A DNA stretch of 64,000 nucleotides, taken from IMG/VR virus record IMGVR_UViG_3300042922_000636, one strand, 5' to 3'. Origin of the DNA: an uncultured virus (IMG/VR IMGVR_UViG_3300042922_000636) (lineage: Duplodnaviria > Heunggongvirae > Uroviricota > Caudoviricetes). Below, in pieces: positions 36,864 through 45,495 of this stretch. Under the pieces are notes generated by a model. The model was not told where the DNA came from. It was given only the letters and a program-made list of their open reading frames with translations, and made no database searches. Both the position numbers and the translations under genes were made by a program. Position 1 is the first letter of the stretch, and each line of letters starts with the position of its first letter.

Positions 36864-37640
36864 CTATTCAAAGGTGAGGTTGTCGCGGTGTGCGCCGGTC
36901 ACCACACGCCGGATCGCATTGGTGCGCCATACGATGCCGAGATCTGATTGCTCGGACACGCGGCCTGAATAGATCCCGAGTAGGTACGTCTGTGGGGCCG
37001 AGTAGATAGCCATTCCGCCGTCGGCGCTTGGGACTTGACTCGAGTGGAACAGCACGGGTGAGCCAGATTGGCCGGGCCTCGTGCGACTGTCCACTAGAAA
37101 TGTCGGCTTGCCATCGAAATCAAAGTCGGGTTCGCTGGCGACGGTTCCCCTGCTCCATACCCCGATGCCGCCAGCGGTTCGCAAACCGAATGGGAAACCG
37201 ACGATGCTGACGTCGGTTGTGGGCGTTACCAGCACGGCCGGGTCGGTCACGTCGTACGGATAGAGGTCTACCGACGGGTCGTCGGCGAGCGGCAGCGCCG
37301 CAATGTCAAAGGCGCCTCCATCGTGAGGATCGACCAACCACAGTGCAGCGCCGGCTTGATCGTAAAGGGAGTAGACGACCTGCACCCATGTGCCGAGCTG
37401 TGAAGCCGCGTTCTGCCAGACAACCAAGTGCGACGGGAGGGCTGCGCTGCTGCCCGCTGGTAGCTCTGATCCTGGTATGCGCCCGGTAGTTACGTGCCAA
37501 TTGGTGACGAGGAAGCGGCGGCCCCCATCCGCCGCGACAAATGCAGTGCCCGTGCTGAGCGTGACTGGCGCATCCCCGCCAATTGGGTAGCGGACAGCTT
37601 CGACGTAGAGCGACTGCACAGACGGCTGCAAGATGGGCAT
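36864..37640 (-). CDS. Trypsin-like serine protease
   Basis: GTAF, VTNWHV (His), DIAAL (Asp), GFPFG and GQSGSPV (Ser). Confidence 0.88.
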   Translation of the reverse strand: MPILQPSVQSLYVEAVRYPIGGDAPVTLSTGTAFVAADGGRRFLVTNWHVTTGRIPGSELPAGSSAALPSHLVVWQNAASQLGTWVQVVYSLYDQAGAALWLVDPHDGGAFDIAALPLADDPSVDLYPYDVTDPAVLVTPTTDVSIVGFPFGLRTAGGIGVWSRGTVASEPDFDFDGKPTFLVDSRTRPGQSGSPVLFHSSQVPSADGGMAIYSAPQTYLLGIYSGRVSEQSDLGIVWRTNAIRRVVTGAHRDNLTFE

Positions 37641-37723
37641 GCCGTTGACGTTATCGGACGCGTGCGGGGAGGCCTCGGGCCTCGGACTCCCACTCGTCCC
37701 AAGCAAAGCAGGAAATACTCTCA

Positions 37724-37765
37724 GCCCCTCGGGCTCGCCAACACGGCGGGCTCGAGGGGTTCTTT
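37724..37765 (+). terminator. Intrinsic terminator
   Basis: CCCCTCGGGCTCGCC-AACAC-GGCGGGCTCGAGGGG followed by TTCTTT. Confidence 0.7.
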
Positions 37766-37770
37766 CGTCA

Positions 37771-37792
37771 TGTCCGGAGTGCATGCGATCAT
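37771..37792 (+). promoter_or_regulatory. PafBC-like leaderless promoter
   Basis: TGTCCG-N10-GATCAT-N6-ATG. Confidence 0.45.
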
Positions 37793-37798
37793 CCCGGC

Positions 37799-38071
37799 AT
37801 GCCCGACTGGCACCCGATCATGGCCGCCGAGGAACGCGAACCCGGCGTGTGGATCATGGTCGACCCGCTCGGGCAGGAGTACGGGCGCATCGAGATCCGC
37901 CGCACCCCGGACGGCATCCGCTACCGCGCCGAAGCGCTCGGCGAGCTCATCGGCTGGGGCACCTCGCTCCGCCAAGCCTGCGGGCGCGTGCACGACGTGT
38001 TCCTCCGGTCGATGGCACCTCACCGGGCGGCGCGCCCGGAATGGCCGTCCACCGGTCAGCGTGCACCGTGA
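37799..38071 (+). CDS. 90-aa hypothetical protein
   Basis: Duplicated at the window start; leaderless geometry. Confidence 0.8.
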   Translation: MPDWHPIMAAEEREPGVWIMVDPLGQEYGRIEIRRTPDGIRYRAEALGELIGWGTSLRQACGRVHDVFLRSMAPHRAARPEWPSTGQRAP

Positions 38072-39110
38072 GAATCCGGTAACGACTGGACTGGAAGTCC
38101 GAACGGCGGAGTAGTCTCATCGTCTCCCGAAGATGGGAGCGCCCCGACAGGTGCTGTAACACCGGCCGGGGCTGACGACACCAAGTCTCAGTTGGAGATC
38201 GCCATGCAGAACGATACTGCGCGCACGCCCGCGCCCGACACCACCCTCGCCGACATCGCAGCATCCGGGTTCCTCGCCCGCTACCGCGGCGAAACCGTCA
38301 CCCTTTACTCAGGCGACCTTCGCATCTTCTACGCCTGGTGCCGACGCCAGGACATTGACCCGCTGCAGGTCAAGCGGTACCACCTCGAAGAGTTCCGCCG
38401 ACACCTCGAAGACGACCGCGGCAACAGTCCTAGATCCGTCCGCCGGCGCCTGCAGACCCTCCGCACCTTCTACCGCCTCGCTGTCGCCGACGAGTACATC
38501 GACCGCGACCCCACCCTCATGCTCCGCCTGCCCGAGAACCGGGCCCTGAAGGAGCCGCTCTGGCTCGACCGGTTCCAGGTCGGCGCGCTCCTCCGCGCAG
38601 CAGAGGCCGAGTCGCCCGCGCATCACGCGTTGATCGCCCTGATGGTCATGCTCGGGCTCCGGGTGTCCGAGGCGTGCAACGTGCAGATTGAGGACTTCGC
38701 CGCCGACAAGCTCGGGTACCGCGTCCTGCGCCTGATCGGGAAGGGCGGGAAGCCCGCAGCCATGCCCGTTCCGGTACCGCTGCTCCGGATCCTCGAGACT
38801 GCGCGCGGCGACCGCACCTCGGGGCCGCTCATCCTCCGCCGCGACGGCCGCGCGCAGGACCGCAACGGCGCATACGCGTGGGTGAAGATCCTCGCTCGCA
38901 AGGCTGGCCTGCCTGAGGACACGCACCCGCACTCTCTCCGGCACGCGGCCGTGACCGCAGTGATCGACTCGGGCGCAGATCTCCGCGAAGCCCAGGAGTT
39001 CGCGCGGCACGCTGACCCCGGTATGACGGTCCACTACTACCGTCGTGCCGGGAACCTCGACCGTCACGCTGCACACGTCGCCGCGCGCGTGTTCGCATCT
39101 GCGGTCTAGA
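37817..39110 (+). repeat. Direct repeat copy 2
   Basis: Matches 1-1294. Confidence 0.97.
38204..39109 (+). CDS. Tyrosine recombinase, near-identical to 388..1293
   Basis: Same catalytic motifs; few amino-acid changes. Confidence 0.93.
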   Translation: MQNDTARTPAPDTTLADIAASGFLARYRGETVTLYSGDLRIFYAWCRRQDIDPLQVKRYHLEEFRRHLEDDRGNSPRSVRRRLQTLRTFYRLAVADEYIDRDPTLMLRLPENRALKEPLWLDRFQVGALLRAAEAESPAHHALIALMVMLGLRVSEACNVQIEDFAADKLGYRVLRLIGKGGKPAAMPVPVPLLRILETARGDRTSGPLILRRDGRAQDRNGAYAWVKILARKAGLPEDTHPHSLRHAAVTAVIDSGADLREAQEFARHADPGMTVHYYRRAGNLDRHAAHVAARVFASAV

Positions 39111-39120
39111 ATCCGAGCGA

Positions 39121-39142
39121 TGTCGGTGGCCGACCGCATGAT
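39121..39142 (+). promoter_or_regulatory. PafBC/RecA-NDp-like leaderless promoter
   Basis: TGTCGG-N10-CATGAT-N6-ATG. Confidence 0.6.
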
Positions 39143-39148
39143 GGGGAC

Positions 39149-39370
39149 ATGCTGTCGGCCACCGCGCTCCTCGACTTCGAGCAGAAGTGGGGCAAGCACT
39201 CGGGATGGAAGGAAGAGGCCATCCGCCGGGAGCTCGATATCGCGCCGGCTCGCTACTACCAGCTACTGGATCGCGTCATCGACAGCGAGGAGGCGCTTGC
39301 GCTGCAGCCGATCCTCGTTCACCGGCTGCAGGACCGGCGGACCGCCGCGCGCGCTAGTCGGCGTGGGTGA
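39149..39370 (+). CDS. DUF3263-family protein
   Basis: Homologue of 1457..1693. Confidence 0.85.
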   Translation: MLSATALLDFEQKWGKHSGWKEEAIRRELDIAPARYYQLLDRVIDSEEALALQPILVHRLQDRRTAARASRRG

Positions 39371-39869
39371 TCAGGACGCTCGCACCGTCGTCCGGGTGGT
39401 AGGTCCAGTCGGCCTCGTATCCGTCCCATGACTCGCTCTGCCGCCCGTCGAGCGCACGAGTCTGTCCGATCTGTGCGCTGATCGACTCGGGCGCTTCGAG
39501 GTGCGTGAGGATGCACTCGAGGGTGTTGTACGGGATGCCGTCGTACTTCGTGACGCGCAGTAGTTCGACCGATTCGCCCCCGTCGAGGATGTCGACGTGG
39601 GCGTCCGGTGATTCGTCGACTCCGCAGCGGGACAGCGCGGCCCGGAAGGTGTCGAGACGCTTCTCCTCAGCCTCCGCGGCTTCCTCAGCGGCGGTGGCGG
39701 CGGCCTGCTTCTCGGCCTCCTGCTGTGCTGCGGAGATGCTGAGCGGGATGGCGACAGCTGCGACGATCACGACGACGGCGATCACCGCGACTACCCAGGG
39801 CCAGATGAGGCGCTTGTGGCGCGGCTCCTCGGGCGTGGGCTGCGGTGCTGGTGTGGCTTCGGTGCTCAT
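39354..39869 (-). CDS. Membrane-anchored protein
   Basis: N-terminal TM; TRALDGRQ..W...WTYHPDDG motif. Confidence 0.8.
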   Translation of the reverse strand: MSTEATPAPQPTPEEPRHKRLIWPWVVAVIAVVVIVAAVAIPLSISAAQQEAEKQAAATAAEEAAEAEEKRLDTFRAALSRCGVDESPDAHVDILDGGESVELLRVTKYDGIPYNTLECILTHLEAPESISAQIGQTRALDGRQSESWDGYEADWTYHPDDGASVLITHAD

Positions 39870-39921
39870 GTGTTCCCCCGGTGTGATGCTCTGGTGAGTG
39901 TACCGAGCAACCGGGGGAGCA

Positions 39922-41148
39922 CTACTGCTCTAGGTAAGCGGTGAGTTGCATCATCGCGCCGCGCATCCGGTCCTGGTTGCCCTTGGTCTTGTAACCGCGG
40001 GTCATGGACCTTGTGGAGTGTCCGACGATCTCCTGGAGAATGTCTTCCGGGACGCCGGCAAGGTAGAGCAGGTCTACCGCTGTGTGCCGGAGGTCGTGCA
40101 GGCGGACGCTGCGGTTCTCGCCGAACACGGACCGCATGAGATTGCCCCATTCGGCGGTGTCCTGGTCGGGGTCGATCGGGCGCCCGCCGTCCCGCGTGAA
40201 CACGAGCCCGTGGGGCCCGGGTTCGAGGGTGCTGATGTGCCGCTCGAGCAGCGTACGGAGGGGGTCGACGAGTGGGATGATGCGCCAGCCCGCGAGGGAC
40301 TTCGGGCGGGTCCAGTACAGGCCGCCTTCGATGCGGCGGTACTCGAAGTCGCTGCGTGTGCGGAGGATCCGGTCGGGGCAGTATCCGCCCTTGACCATCC
40401 CGCACCCGCCGCCGCAGCCGTGTTCCCACGGGAGGCGGCGCAGCTGCCACGACAGATCGAGGGTGTCGGTGACGCGGTCGAGCTCGAGGCCGATGACTTC
40501 GCCGCGGCGCGCCCCAGTGAGGAGGCTCGTCGCGCGCCGGGTGCCGTCTGCTCGGCCGGCGCACACCTGCAGCAGCTGCAGCGACTCCTCGGGCGTGAGG
40601 ACGTCGAGTTTCACGGCTGCCTTGCGCGGTGCCTTCACGAGTTGTGTCGGGTTCCGCGGGATCTTCCCCTCCCGCATGGCCGCGGTGAGGGCGCTCGACA
40701 GGATCCGGTGCGCGTTGAGCGCGTAGGTGGACGACAGGCCCAACCCGGTCATGCGGTCGTGCATCCGCCGGATGGAGGCGGCGTTCAGCTTTTCGAGCTT
40801 CGTCTTCGCGCCGAGGCCCGGGGAGATGTGCGTCTTTACCATGGACCGGTAGCCGGCGAGGGTGCCGGGCGCGACGTCGTGGATGGCGATGTGGTCGAGC
40901 CAGTACTCGAGCCACTGCTCGACCGTAGGTGAGGACGTCGCAAGGTCTCCGCTGCGGCGCAGGTCTTCCTTCACCTCAGCGAGCCGGGTTAGCAGGGTCG
41001 TCTTGTCGCGGGACCGGATGGTCTTCCGCCGGCGGTCCTTTGCGAGTCCTGTCGGGTTCGGGAGTTCGACGTACGCCTGCCAGTACTTGAGGGGCTGCGT
41101 CCGATCGGCTGGCACCCGGAACAGTGCGCCTTCGCCCTTTCCCCTCAC
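39922..41148 (-). CDS. Tyrosine integrase (phage B)
   Basis: GEG arm-binding N-terminus, TVEQWL..W, GARRGE, HDLRH, VGHS, MTRGY; next to the att core. Confidence 0.95.
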   Translation of the reverse strand: MRGKGEGALFRVPADRTQPLKYWQAYVELPNPTGLAKDRRRKTIRSRDKTTLLTRLAEVKEDLRRSGDLATSSPTVEQWLEYWLDHIAIHDVAPGTLAGYRSMVKTHISPGLGAKTKLEKLNAASIRRMHDRMTGLGLSSTYALNAHRILSSALTAAMREGKIPRNPTQLVKAPRKAAVKLDVLTPEESLQLLQVCAGRADGTRRATSLLTGARRGEVIGLELDRVTDTLDLSWQLRRLPWEHGCGGGCGMVKGGYCPDRILRTRSDFEYRRIEGGLYWTRPKSLAGWRIIPLVDPLRTLLERHISTLEPGPHGLVFTRDGGRPIDPDQDTAEWGNLMRSVFGENRSVRLHDLRHTAVDLLYLAGVPEDILQEIVGHSTRSMTRGYKTKGNQDRMRGAMMQLTAYLEQ

Positions 41149-41372
41149 AGGCGGTTTCCCGTGCTGGCGGTGGGGGCGGTGGTCATCTGCTGTGTCCTTC
41201 TGCTGGGTCGGGTGTGGTGCTCTCCCCTATGACGGGGTGGCGGGTCTTCTGAGGGTCATTCCGGAGCCGTTCACTGGTGCTGGTCTCGGGTGGTGTCGCG
41301 GGCGTCGTTGACCGCGGGCCCTCTTCTTTTGCGCACGAACCTGGTCACCGCTGTTCCTTCCGGCCTGGATGG

Positions 41373-41393
41373 GGTGTATCCGATGGTGTATCC
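41373..41393 (+). repeat. Integrase arm-type sites, left of core
   Basis: GGTGTATCCGAT-GGTGTATCC tandem. Confidence 0.75.
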
Positions 41394-41484
41394 ATCGCGG
41401 ACTGTCGCTGACAACCGCTGACGTCTGTTTGGACAGGCTAGCAGTCCTCAGCGACGCTGAGCAAGTCTCACCGGACAGGAACTT

Positions 41485-41530
41485 ACGACTGAAAATCGTG
41501 AGGTCACGGGATCGACGCCCGTCGGAGCCA
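41485..41530 (+). other. att common core = 3' half of tRNA-Phe(GAA)
   Basis: ACGA-CT-GAA-AA-TCGT anticodon arm, ACGGG-ATCGACG-CCCGT T arm, CGGAGCCA acceptor strand; 5' half absent. Confidence 0.88.
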
Positions 41531-41532
41531 CT

Positions 41533-41570
41533 GGCCCTTTCCTAGGCTTCTACTGGGAAGGGGCCTTTTT
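41533..41570 (+). terminator. Terminator downstream of the att core
   Basis: GGCCCTTTCCTAG / CTGGGAAGGGGCC followed by TTTTT. Confidence 0.8.
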
Positions 41571-41585
41571 AATGCCCTCCGAGGG

Positions 41586-42017
41586 CTACCCGAAAAGCCG
41601 CGGTGTATCCGATGGTGTACCCGATCTCTTGGCATCCAGAACGTAGGCGCGAAACAGCCGCGTGGTGACGCCGAGCTCGGACACCAGCCGGCCCTCGTCA
41701 GGGCACCAGCGGTACAGATCCTCGAGCTCAGCCGGGTCGATCAGGTGGTGCGCAGCGAAGCGGTCCGCCTGGTGCTCATGCTTCGGCCGGTCGTCTTCAT
41801 GCTCGAGCGCCGCGTGCCCGACGCCGTGCGCGAGCGCGTTCCGCTGATGGACGGCGCGGAGCTTTGAGTGCACGACGAGCGTGCGGTACTCCGGCAGCCA
41901 GAGCTCGTGTGCGGTGCGGAGTGGCCGCACGATGACCTGCAGCCCTAGCTCGTCCGCGTGCTCCCACGGGTCGTAGGCACGGCCTCTACGACGGTTCGTC
42001 GGATTCCAGTTCGTCAT
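41586..42017 (-). CDS. ImmA/IrrE-family protein with degenerate HExxH
   Basis: YDPWEHA..LG...RNALAHGVGH...HEHQADRFAA..LI...ELGVT. Confidence 0.8.
   Translation of the reverse strand: MTNWNPTNRRRGRAYDPWEHADELGLQVIVRPLRTAHELWLPEYRTLVVHSKLRAVHQRNALAHGVGHAALEHEDDRPKHEHQADRFAAHHLIDPAELEDLYRWCPDEGRLVSELGVTTRLFRAYVLDAKRSGTPSDTPRLFG
41602..41625 (+). repeat. Integrase arm-type sites, right of core
   Basis: GGTGTATCCGAT-GGTGTACCCGAT. Confidence 0.75.
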
Positions 42018-42381
42018 CGGTGATCGCTGCGCGGCGTTCCTGCTCTTCTAGCTCCTGCGGGGACATGCGCGCGGCCTCTTCCTGCTTCCGCCGGCGCGTG
42101 TCGTCGAGGCTAAGTGGAGCTTCCGACACGGGCTCCCCTGCGGCGTCGACTTCCTCGATCGCTTCGCGCAACACCTTCTCTGGGTCGACGCCGATCGCGT
42201 TCGACAGCACGACGAGATCGGTGGCCGTGATGGGCGCCTTCGCCTTGAGCTTCTTCTGCAGCGTGACGACCGACATGTCCGCGCGTTCCGCGACCTGTTC
42301 CTGGGTCAGCCGTTTCCGTCCGTAGTACCCCGTGAGGACGTCGCTGATCGCACGGCTGATGGGGGTCTGTTCGGCAGGCAC
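41986..42381 (-). CDS. XRE-family immunity repressor (B)
   Basis: LTQEQVAERADMSVVTLQKKL HTH. Confidence 0.85.
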   Translation of the reverse strand: MPAEQTPISRAISDVLTGYYGRKRLTQEQVAERADMSVVTLQKKLKAKAPITATDLVVLSNAIGVDPEKVLREAIEEVDAAGEPVSEAPLSLDDTRRRKQEEAARMSPQELEEQERRAAITDDELESDEPS

Positions 42382-42402
42382 ATCTCAGTGTAGGACGGCT
42401 CA

Positions 42403-42481
42403 CCTGTCGAAATCGAAAGGAAATCTGTCTCAACGTCTTCCATCTGTCGTTACCGACAGGTAGGCTGTCGATATGGACAGG
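42403..42481. promoter_or_regulatory. Three operators of the phage B switch
   Basis: CCTGTCG-N4-CGAAAGG (42403), TCTGTCG-N4-CGACAGG (42443), GCTGTCG-N4-GGACAGG (42464). Confidence 0.75.
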
Positions 42482-42688
42482 AGAAGAGTCACCTCTCGCA
42501 TCGCCGGCAACGTGCGCTCGGCAATCGACGCCGCGGGCGTCTCCGTCCACACCGTCGCAGAAGCCGCCGACATCACCAGCACTGACCTCATCGATCGCCT
42601 TGACGGGCGCGTCGAGTTCGAGGTCGACGTGTTGCGTGGTGTCGGCGGCTTTTTGCGTGTGCCCGTGACCCAGCTACTGGAGGCGTAA
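42473..42688 (+). CDS. Cro-like HTH regulator
   Basis: HTH; TAGGCT-N6-ATG leaderless. Confidence 0.8.
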   Translation: MDRRRVTSRIAGNVRSAIDAAGVSVHTVAEAADITSTDLIDRLDGRVEFEVDVLRGVGGFLRVPVTQLLEA

Positions 42689-42691
42689 CCC

Positions 42692-42883
42692 ATGACCAGC
42701 ACTGCCCCACCCCACAAGCTCGCGTACTCGATCCCGGAACTCGCGGAGGCGACCGGCCTGTCGAAGGACTCGATCTACAAGGCGATCAAGAACGAGGAGC
42801 TCGTGAAGTCGATGTTCGGCACGAAGCCGATCATCCTCCGAGCCGAGGCCGAGAGATGGCTGTCGACCCTCTCGACCGACTGA
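42692..42883 (+). CDS. Excisionase-like HTH protein
   Basis: LAYSIPELAEATGLSKDSIYKAIK..EL...G....I......RWL. Confidence 0.8.
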   Translation: MTSTAPPHKLAYSIPELAEATGLSKDSIYKAIKNEELVKSMFGTKPIILRAEAERWLSTLSTD

Positions 42884-42945
42884 CCCCATCAGAAACGCCG
42901 CCCGCGGCAACGGACGGCGTCTCACAAGCAGAAAGGGACAGGCAA

Positions 42946-43104
42946 TTGCCCTCTCCGACGACTTTACCGCAGGTGCAGATGACTGCAGCTGTCACATCAC
43001 TGGAACTCGCGAGGCTCTGGAACCAGTCCGGCAGCCCCCGCAAAGCGCAGCGCGAACTCGACCACGCGCTCGATCTGCTCGGAGAGGTGCGTGCATCGCT
43101 GTGA
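42946..43104 (+). CDS. Hypothetical protein
   Basis: GAAAGGGA RBS, TTG start. Confidence 0.5.
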   Translation: MPSPTTLPQVQMTAAVTSLELARLWNQSGSPRKAQRELDHALDLLGEVRASL

Positions 43105-43298
43105 ACATCACGCCGCACACCCTCACCGCCGCGGAGGAGTTCGAGGCTGTCCTCGCGCAGCCGGTCCACCCCGTCGACCTCCCCATGGGGAAGCTCTCCC
43201 TGCGGGACCGCATCGACGCCGCGTGCAAGCGCGTCTTCCCGTTCGCGGCCGCCGTCCCCGTCGGCCTCCTGTTCGCCGCGGGGGTGCTGTACAGATGA
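43101..43298 (+). CDS. Hypothetical protein with C-terminal TM
   Basis: Coupled ORF. Confidence 0.6.
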   Translation: MNITPHTLTAAEEFEAVLAQPVHPVDLPMGKLSLRDRIDAACKRVFPFAAAVPVGLLFAAGVLYR

Positions 43299-43543
43299 CC
43301 GACACCCTCTGGGCGCCCGACTTCCGCGCCATCGAACTGCACGACCAGATCGTCCGCCAGATCGACACCGACCTGACCGTCGAGGACGTGCACGGAGCGA
43401 TCAACGCCGTCTGCGGCATGACGTACGACAACACCGGCCGCGAACTCGACCCATGGCGCGACGACCACTGGCACGACATCGTCGAGCCCGCGCTGCGCCA
43501 CCTCGGCTTCGACTACGACGAAGTGATCGAGGTGGTCGTATGA
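43295..43543 (+). CDS. Hypothetical protein
   Basis: Coupled ORF. Confidence 0.65.
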   Translation: MTDTLWAPDFRAIELHDQIVRQIDTDLTVEDVHGAINAVCGMTYDNTGRELDPWRDDHWHDIVEPALRHLGFDYDEVIEVVV

Positions 43544-43629
43544 CCCCGTTCCTCGTCATCGCCGCCCTCATCGGCCTGTTCATCGTCGTCATGGAACTGG
43601 CCGGCGCACCGAAAGCAGGTGCCCGGTGA
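43540..43629 (+). CDS. 29-aa TM peptide
   Basis: ATGA and GTGA overlaps. Confidence 0.5.
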   Translation: MTPFLVIAALIGLFIVVMELAGAPKAGAR

Positions 43630-43790
43630 ACTCCATGGCCCTGTTCCTGCTGATCTTCGGCGCGGTTCTTCTCATGGGCGCCGCGCTCACCGAGTCCGGG
43701 TGGACCGTCGTCGGCTTCATCGGCATCACGTTCGTCGTTCTCGGGCTCATCATCCACTGGGCCACCGCCGGGACGGACGCGCTGAGATGA
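43626..43790 (+). CDS. Small two-TM protein
   Basis: Hydrophobic, coupled. Confidence 0.55.
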   Translation: MNSMALFLLIFGAVLLMGAALTESGWTVVGFIGITFVVLGLIIHWATAGTDALR

Positions 43791-44719
43791 CCTTCACCAT
43801 CGTCGAAGTCACGCCCGACACCCTCGAGTGGGAAGAGGAACGTCGTCGCAGCGTCGGCGCTTCCGAAGCCGCCGCCGTCATGGGGATGTCCTCGTACGGG
43901 AACACGGCCCTGGACATCTACCGACAGAAACACGGCATCGACCGCGCGTTCGACCCGCTGCTCGCATGGATCGGACACCAGTCCGAGCCGATCATGCACG
44001 CCTGGGTGGAGGACTTCTCCGGCCTGGGGCTGACGCTCCTCCCTGGGTTCATGGCGAGATCCGTCGAGCACCCGTTCCTGCACGCCACGTTCGACCGGTG
44101 CACCACGAGCGGCCTCAAGATCCAGATGAAGACCGCGCATCACTACACCGGCCACCACTGGGACGACGGAATCCCGACCGACATCCGTGTTCAGGTTCAG
44201 GCGGAGATGGCCGTCTCTGGCGACCCGAGAGAGCTCGTCGTCGTCTGGATCGGCGGGCGGGAGTTCCGGTACTTCTGGGAAGCCCGCGACGACCGGTTCA
44301 TCGACGAGTACCTGATCCCGCAGCTGCACGCGTTCTGGCACGGCAACGTCCTCGCCGGCGTCGCGCCGGATCCGTCCACCATGCGTGAGGTGAACGAGGT
44401 CCTCACCGACCAGAGACCAGTCGACCTCTCGGATACCGCATTCGACCTGCTCGAAGAGATCACGGTCCTTAATAGCGACATCCAGTCGATGACCGAAGAG
44501 CGGGACGCGAAGAAGGTCGCCCTCGCCCAGTACGTCGGGCCGGCCGACACCCTCCTCCACCGGGGCCGGAAGGTCGCCACCTGGCGCTCCCAGAAGGGGC
44601 GCGTCGGGTTCGACAAGGCCGGGTTCGCCGCCGAGCACCCCGACCTCCTCGCCGCTTTCACAACCGTTGGCGCCCCGTTCCGTGTGCTTCGCCGCACCAA
44701 GACCAAGGAGAACTCATGA
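43787..44719 (+). CDS. YqaJ-like exonuclease (RecE-like)
   Basis: W...RR.SVGASE, HPFLHATFD, QMKT, QVQ.EMAVSG. Confidence 0.9.
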   Translation: MTFTIVEVTPDTLEWEEERRRSVGASEAAAVMGMSSYGNTALDIYRQKHGIDRAFDPLLAWIGHQSEPIMHAWVEDFSGLGLTLLPGFMARSVEHPFLHATFDRCTTSGLKIQMKTAHHYTGHHWDDGIPTDIRVQVQAEMAVSGDPRELVVVWIGGREFRYFWEARDDRFIDEYLIPQLHAFWHGNVLAGVAPDPSTMREVNEVLTDQRPVDLSDTAFDLLEEITVLNSDIQSMTEERDAKKVALAQYVGPADTLLHRGRKVATWRSQKGRVGFDKAGFAAEHPDLLAAFTTVGAPFRVLRRTKTKENS

Positions 44720-45495
44720 GCGACCTCACTCAAGCGGCCGTCGCCGCGAAGAAGGACCCGACGATGAAGGAACTCGTCGAAGCCCAGATGCCGGCGATCG
44801 AGCGGCAGCTCGGCGGCGCGATGAACTCGGATGCGTTCGTCAGAGCGATCCTTTCCGAGATCGGAAAGTCCCCGGACCTGATGGCCGCGGACCCGAAGAC
44901 CCTGCTCGGCGGCGTGATGCTCGCCGCTCAGCTGCGCCTCGAGATCGGTTCCGGGCTCGGAGAGTTCTACCTCACCCCGCGCAAGGAGCGCGGGCGTCAG
45001 ATCTGCCTGCCGATCATCGGATACCAGGGCTTCATCAAGCTCGCGTTGCGCTCCGAGTTCGTGTCGAACGTGCAGGCGTTCCTCGTTCGGAAGGGCGACC
45101 AGTTCTCGTACGGCGCGAACGCTGAGCGAGGCATGTTCTACGACTGGGTCCCGCAGGACTTCGAGGAAACCCGCGACTGGATCGGCGTCGTCGCCACCGC
45201 GAAGATGCGCGCCGGCGGGACGACGTGGGTCTACCTCACCCGCACCCAGGTTCTCGATCGGCGCCCGTCGTACTGGCAGTCGACGCCGTGGAAGACGAAC
45301 GAGGACGAGATGGTCAAGAAGACCGCCGTCCGGGCACTCGCGAAGTTCTTGCCGAAGTCGACGGATCTGGGGCGCGCGCTCGAGGCCGACGAAGCGAAGG
45401 TGCAGACCCTCCGCGGAGTCGACGAGGTGCAGGTCACCCGCATCGACGAGCCGGAGACGATCACGGTCGAGGAGAACACGGGGGCCCAGTCATGA
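44716..45495 (+). CDS. recT: RecT recombinase
   Basis: AAQLRLE..LGEFYLTP..IIGYQG..LA.RS...PW....EM.KKT.VR.LAK.LPKS. Confidence 0.93.
   Translation: MSDLTQAAVAAKKDPTMKELVEAQMPAIERQLGGAMNSDAFVRAILSEIGKSPDLMAADPKTLLGGVMLAAQLRLEIGSGLGEFYLTPRKERGRQICLPIIGYQGFIKLALRSEFVSNVQAFLVRKGDQFSYGANAERGMFYDWVPQDFEETRDWIGVVATAKMRAGGTTWVYLTRTQVLDRRPSYWQSTPWKTNEDEMVKKTAVRALAKFLPKSTDLGRALEADEAKVQTLRGVDEVQVTRIDEPETITVEENTGAQS

Larger units (their letters stand above)
1..37816. mobile_element. Temperate siphophage 'A' (serine integrase), one full genome unit between direct repeats
   Basis: Full module set: integrase, immunity, replication, packaging, head, tail, lysis. Bases 1-1294 recur at 37817-39110. Confidence 0.85.

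Noticed and set aside
41485..41530. Functional tRNA-Phe gene
   Set aside because: The 5' acceptor strand and D arm are missing; this is an att core.
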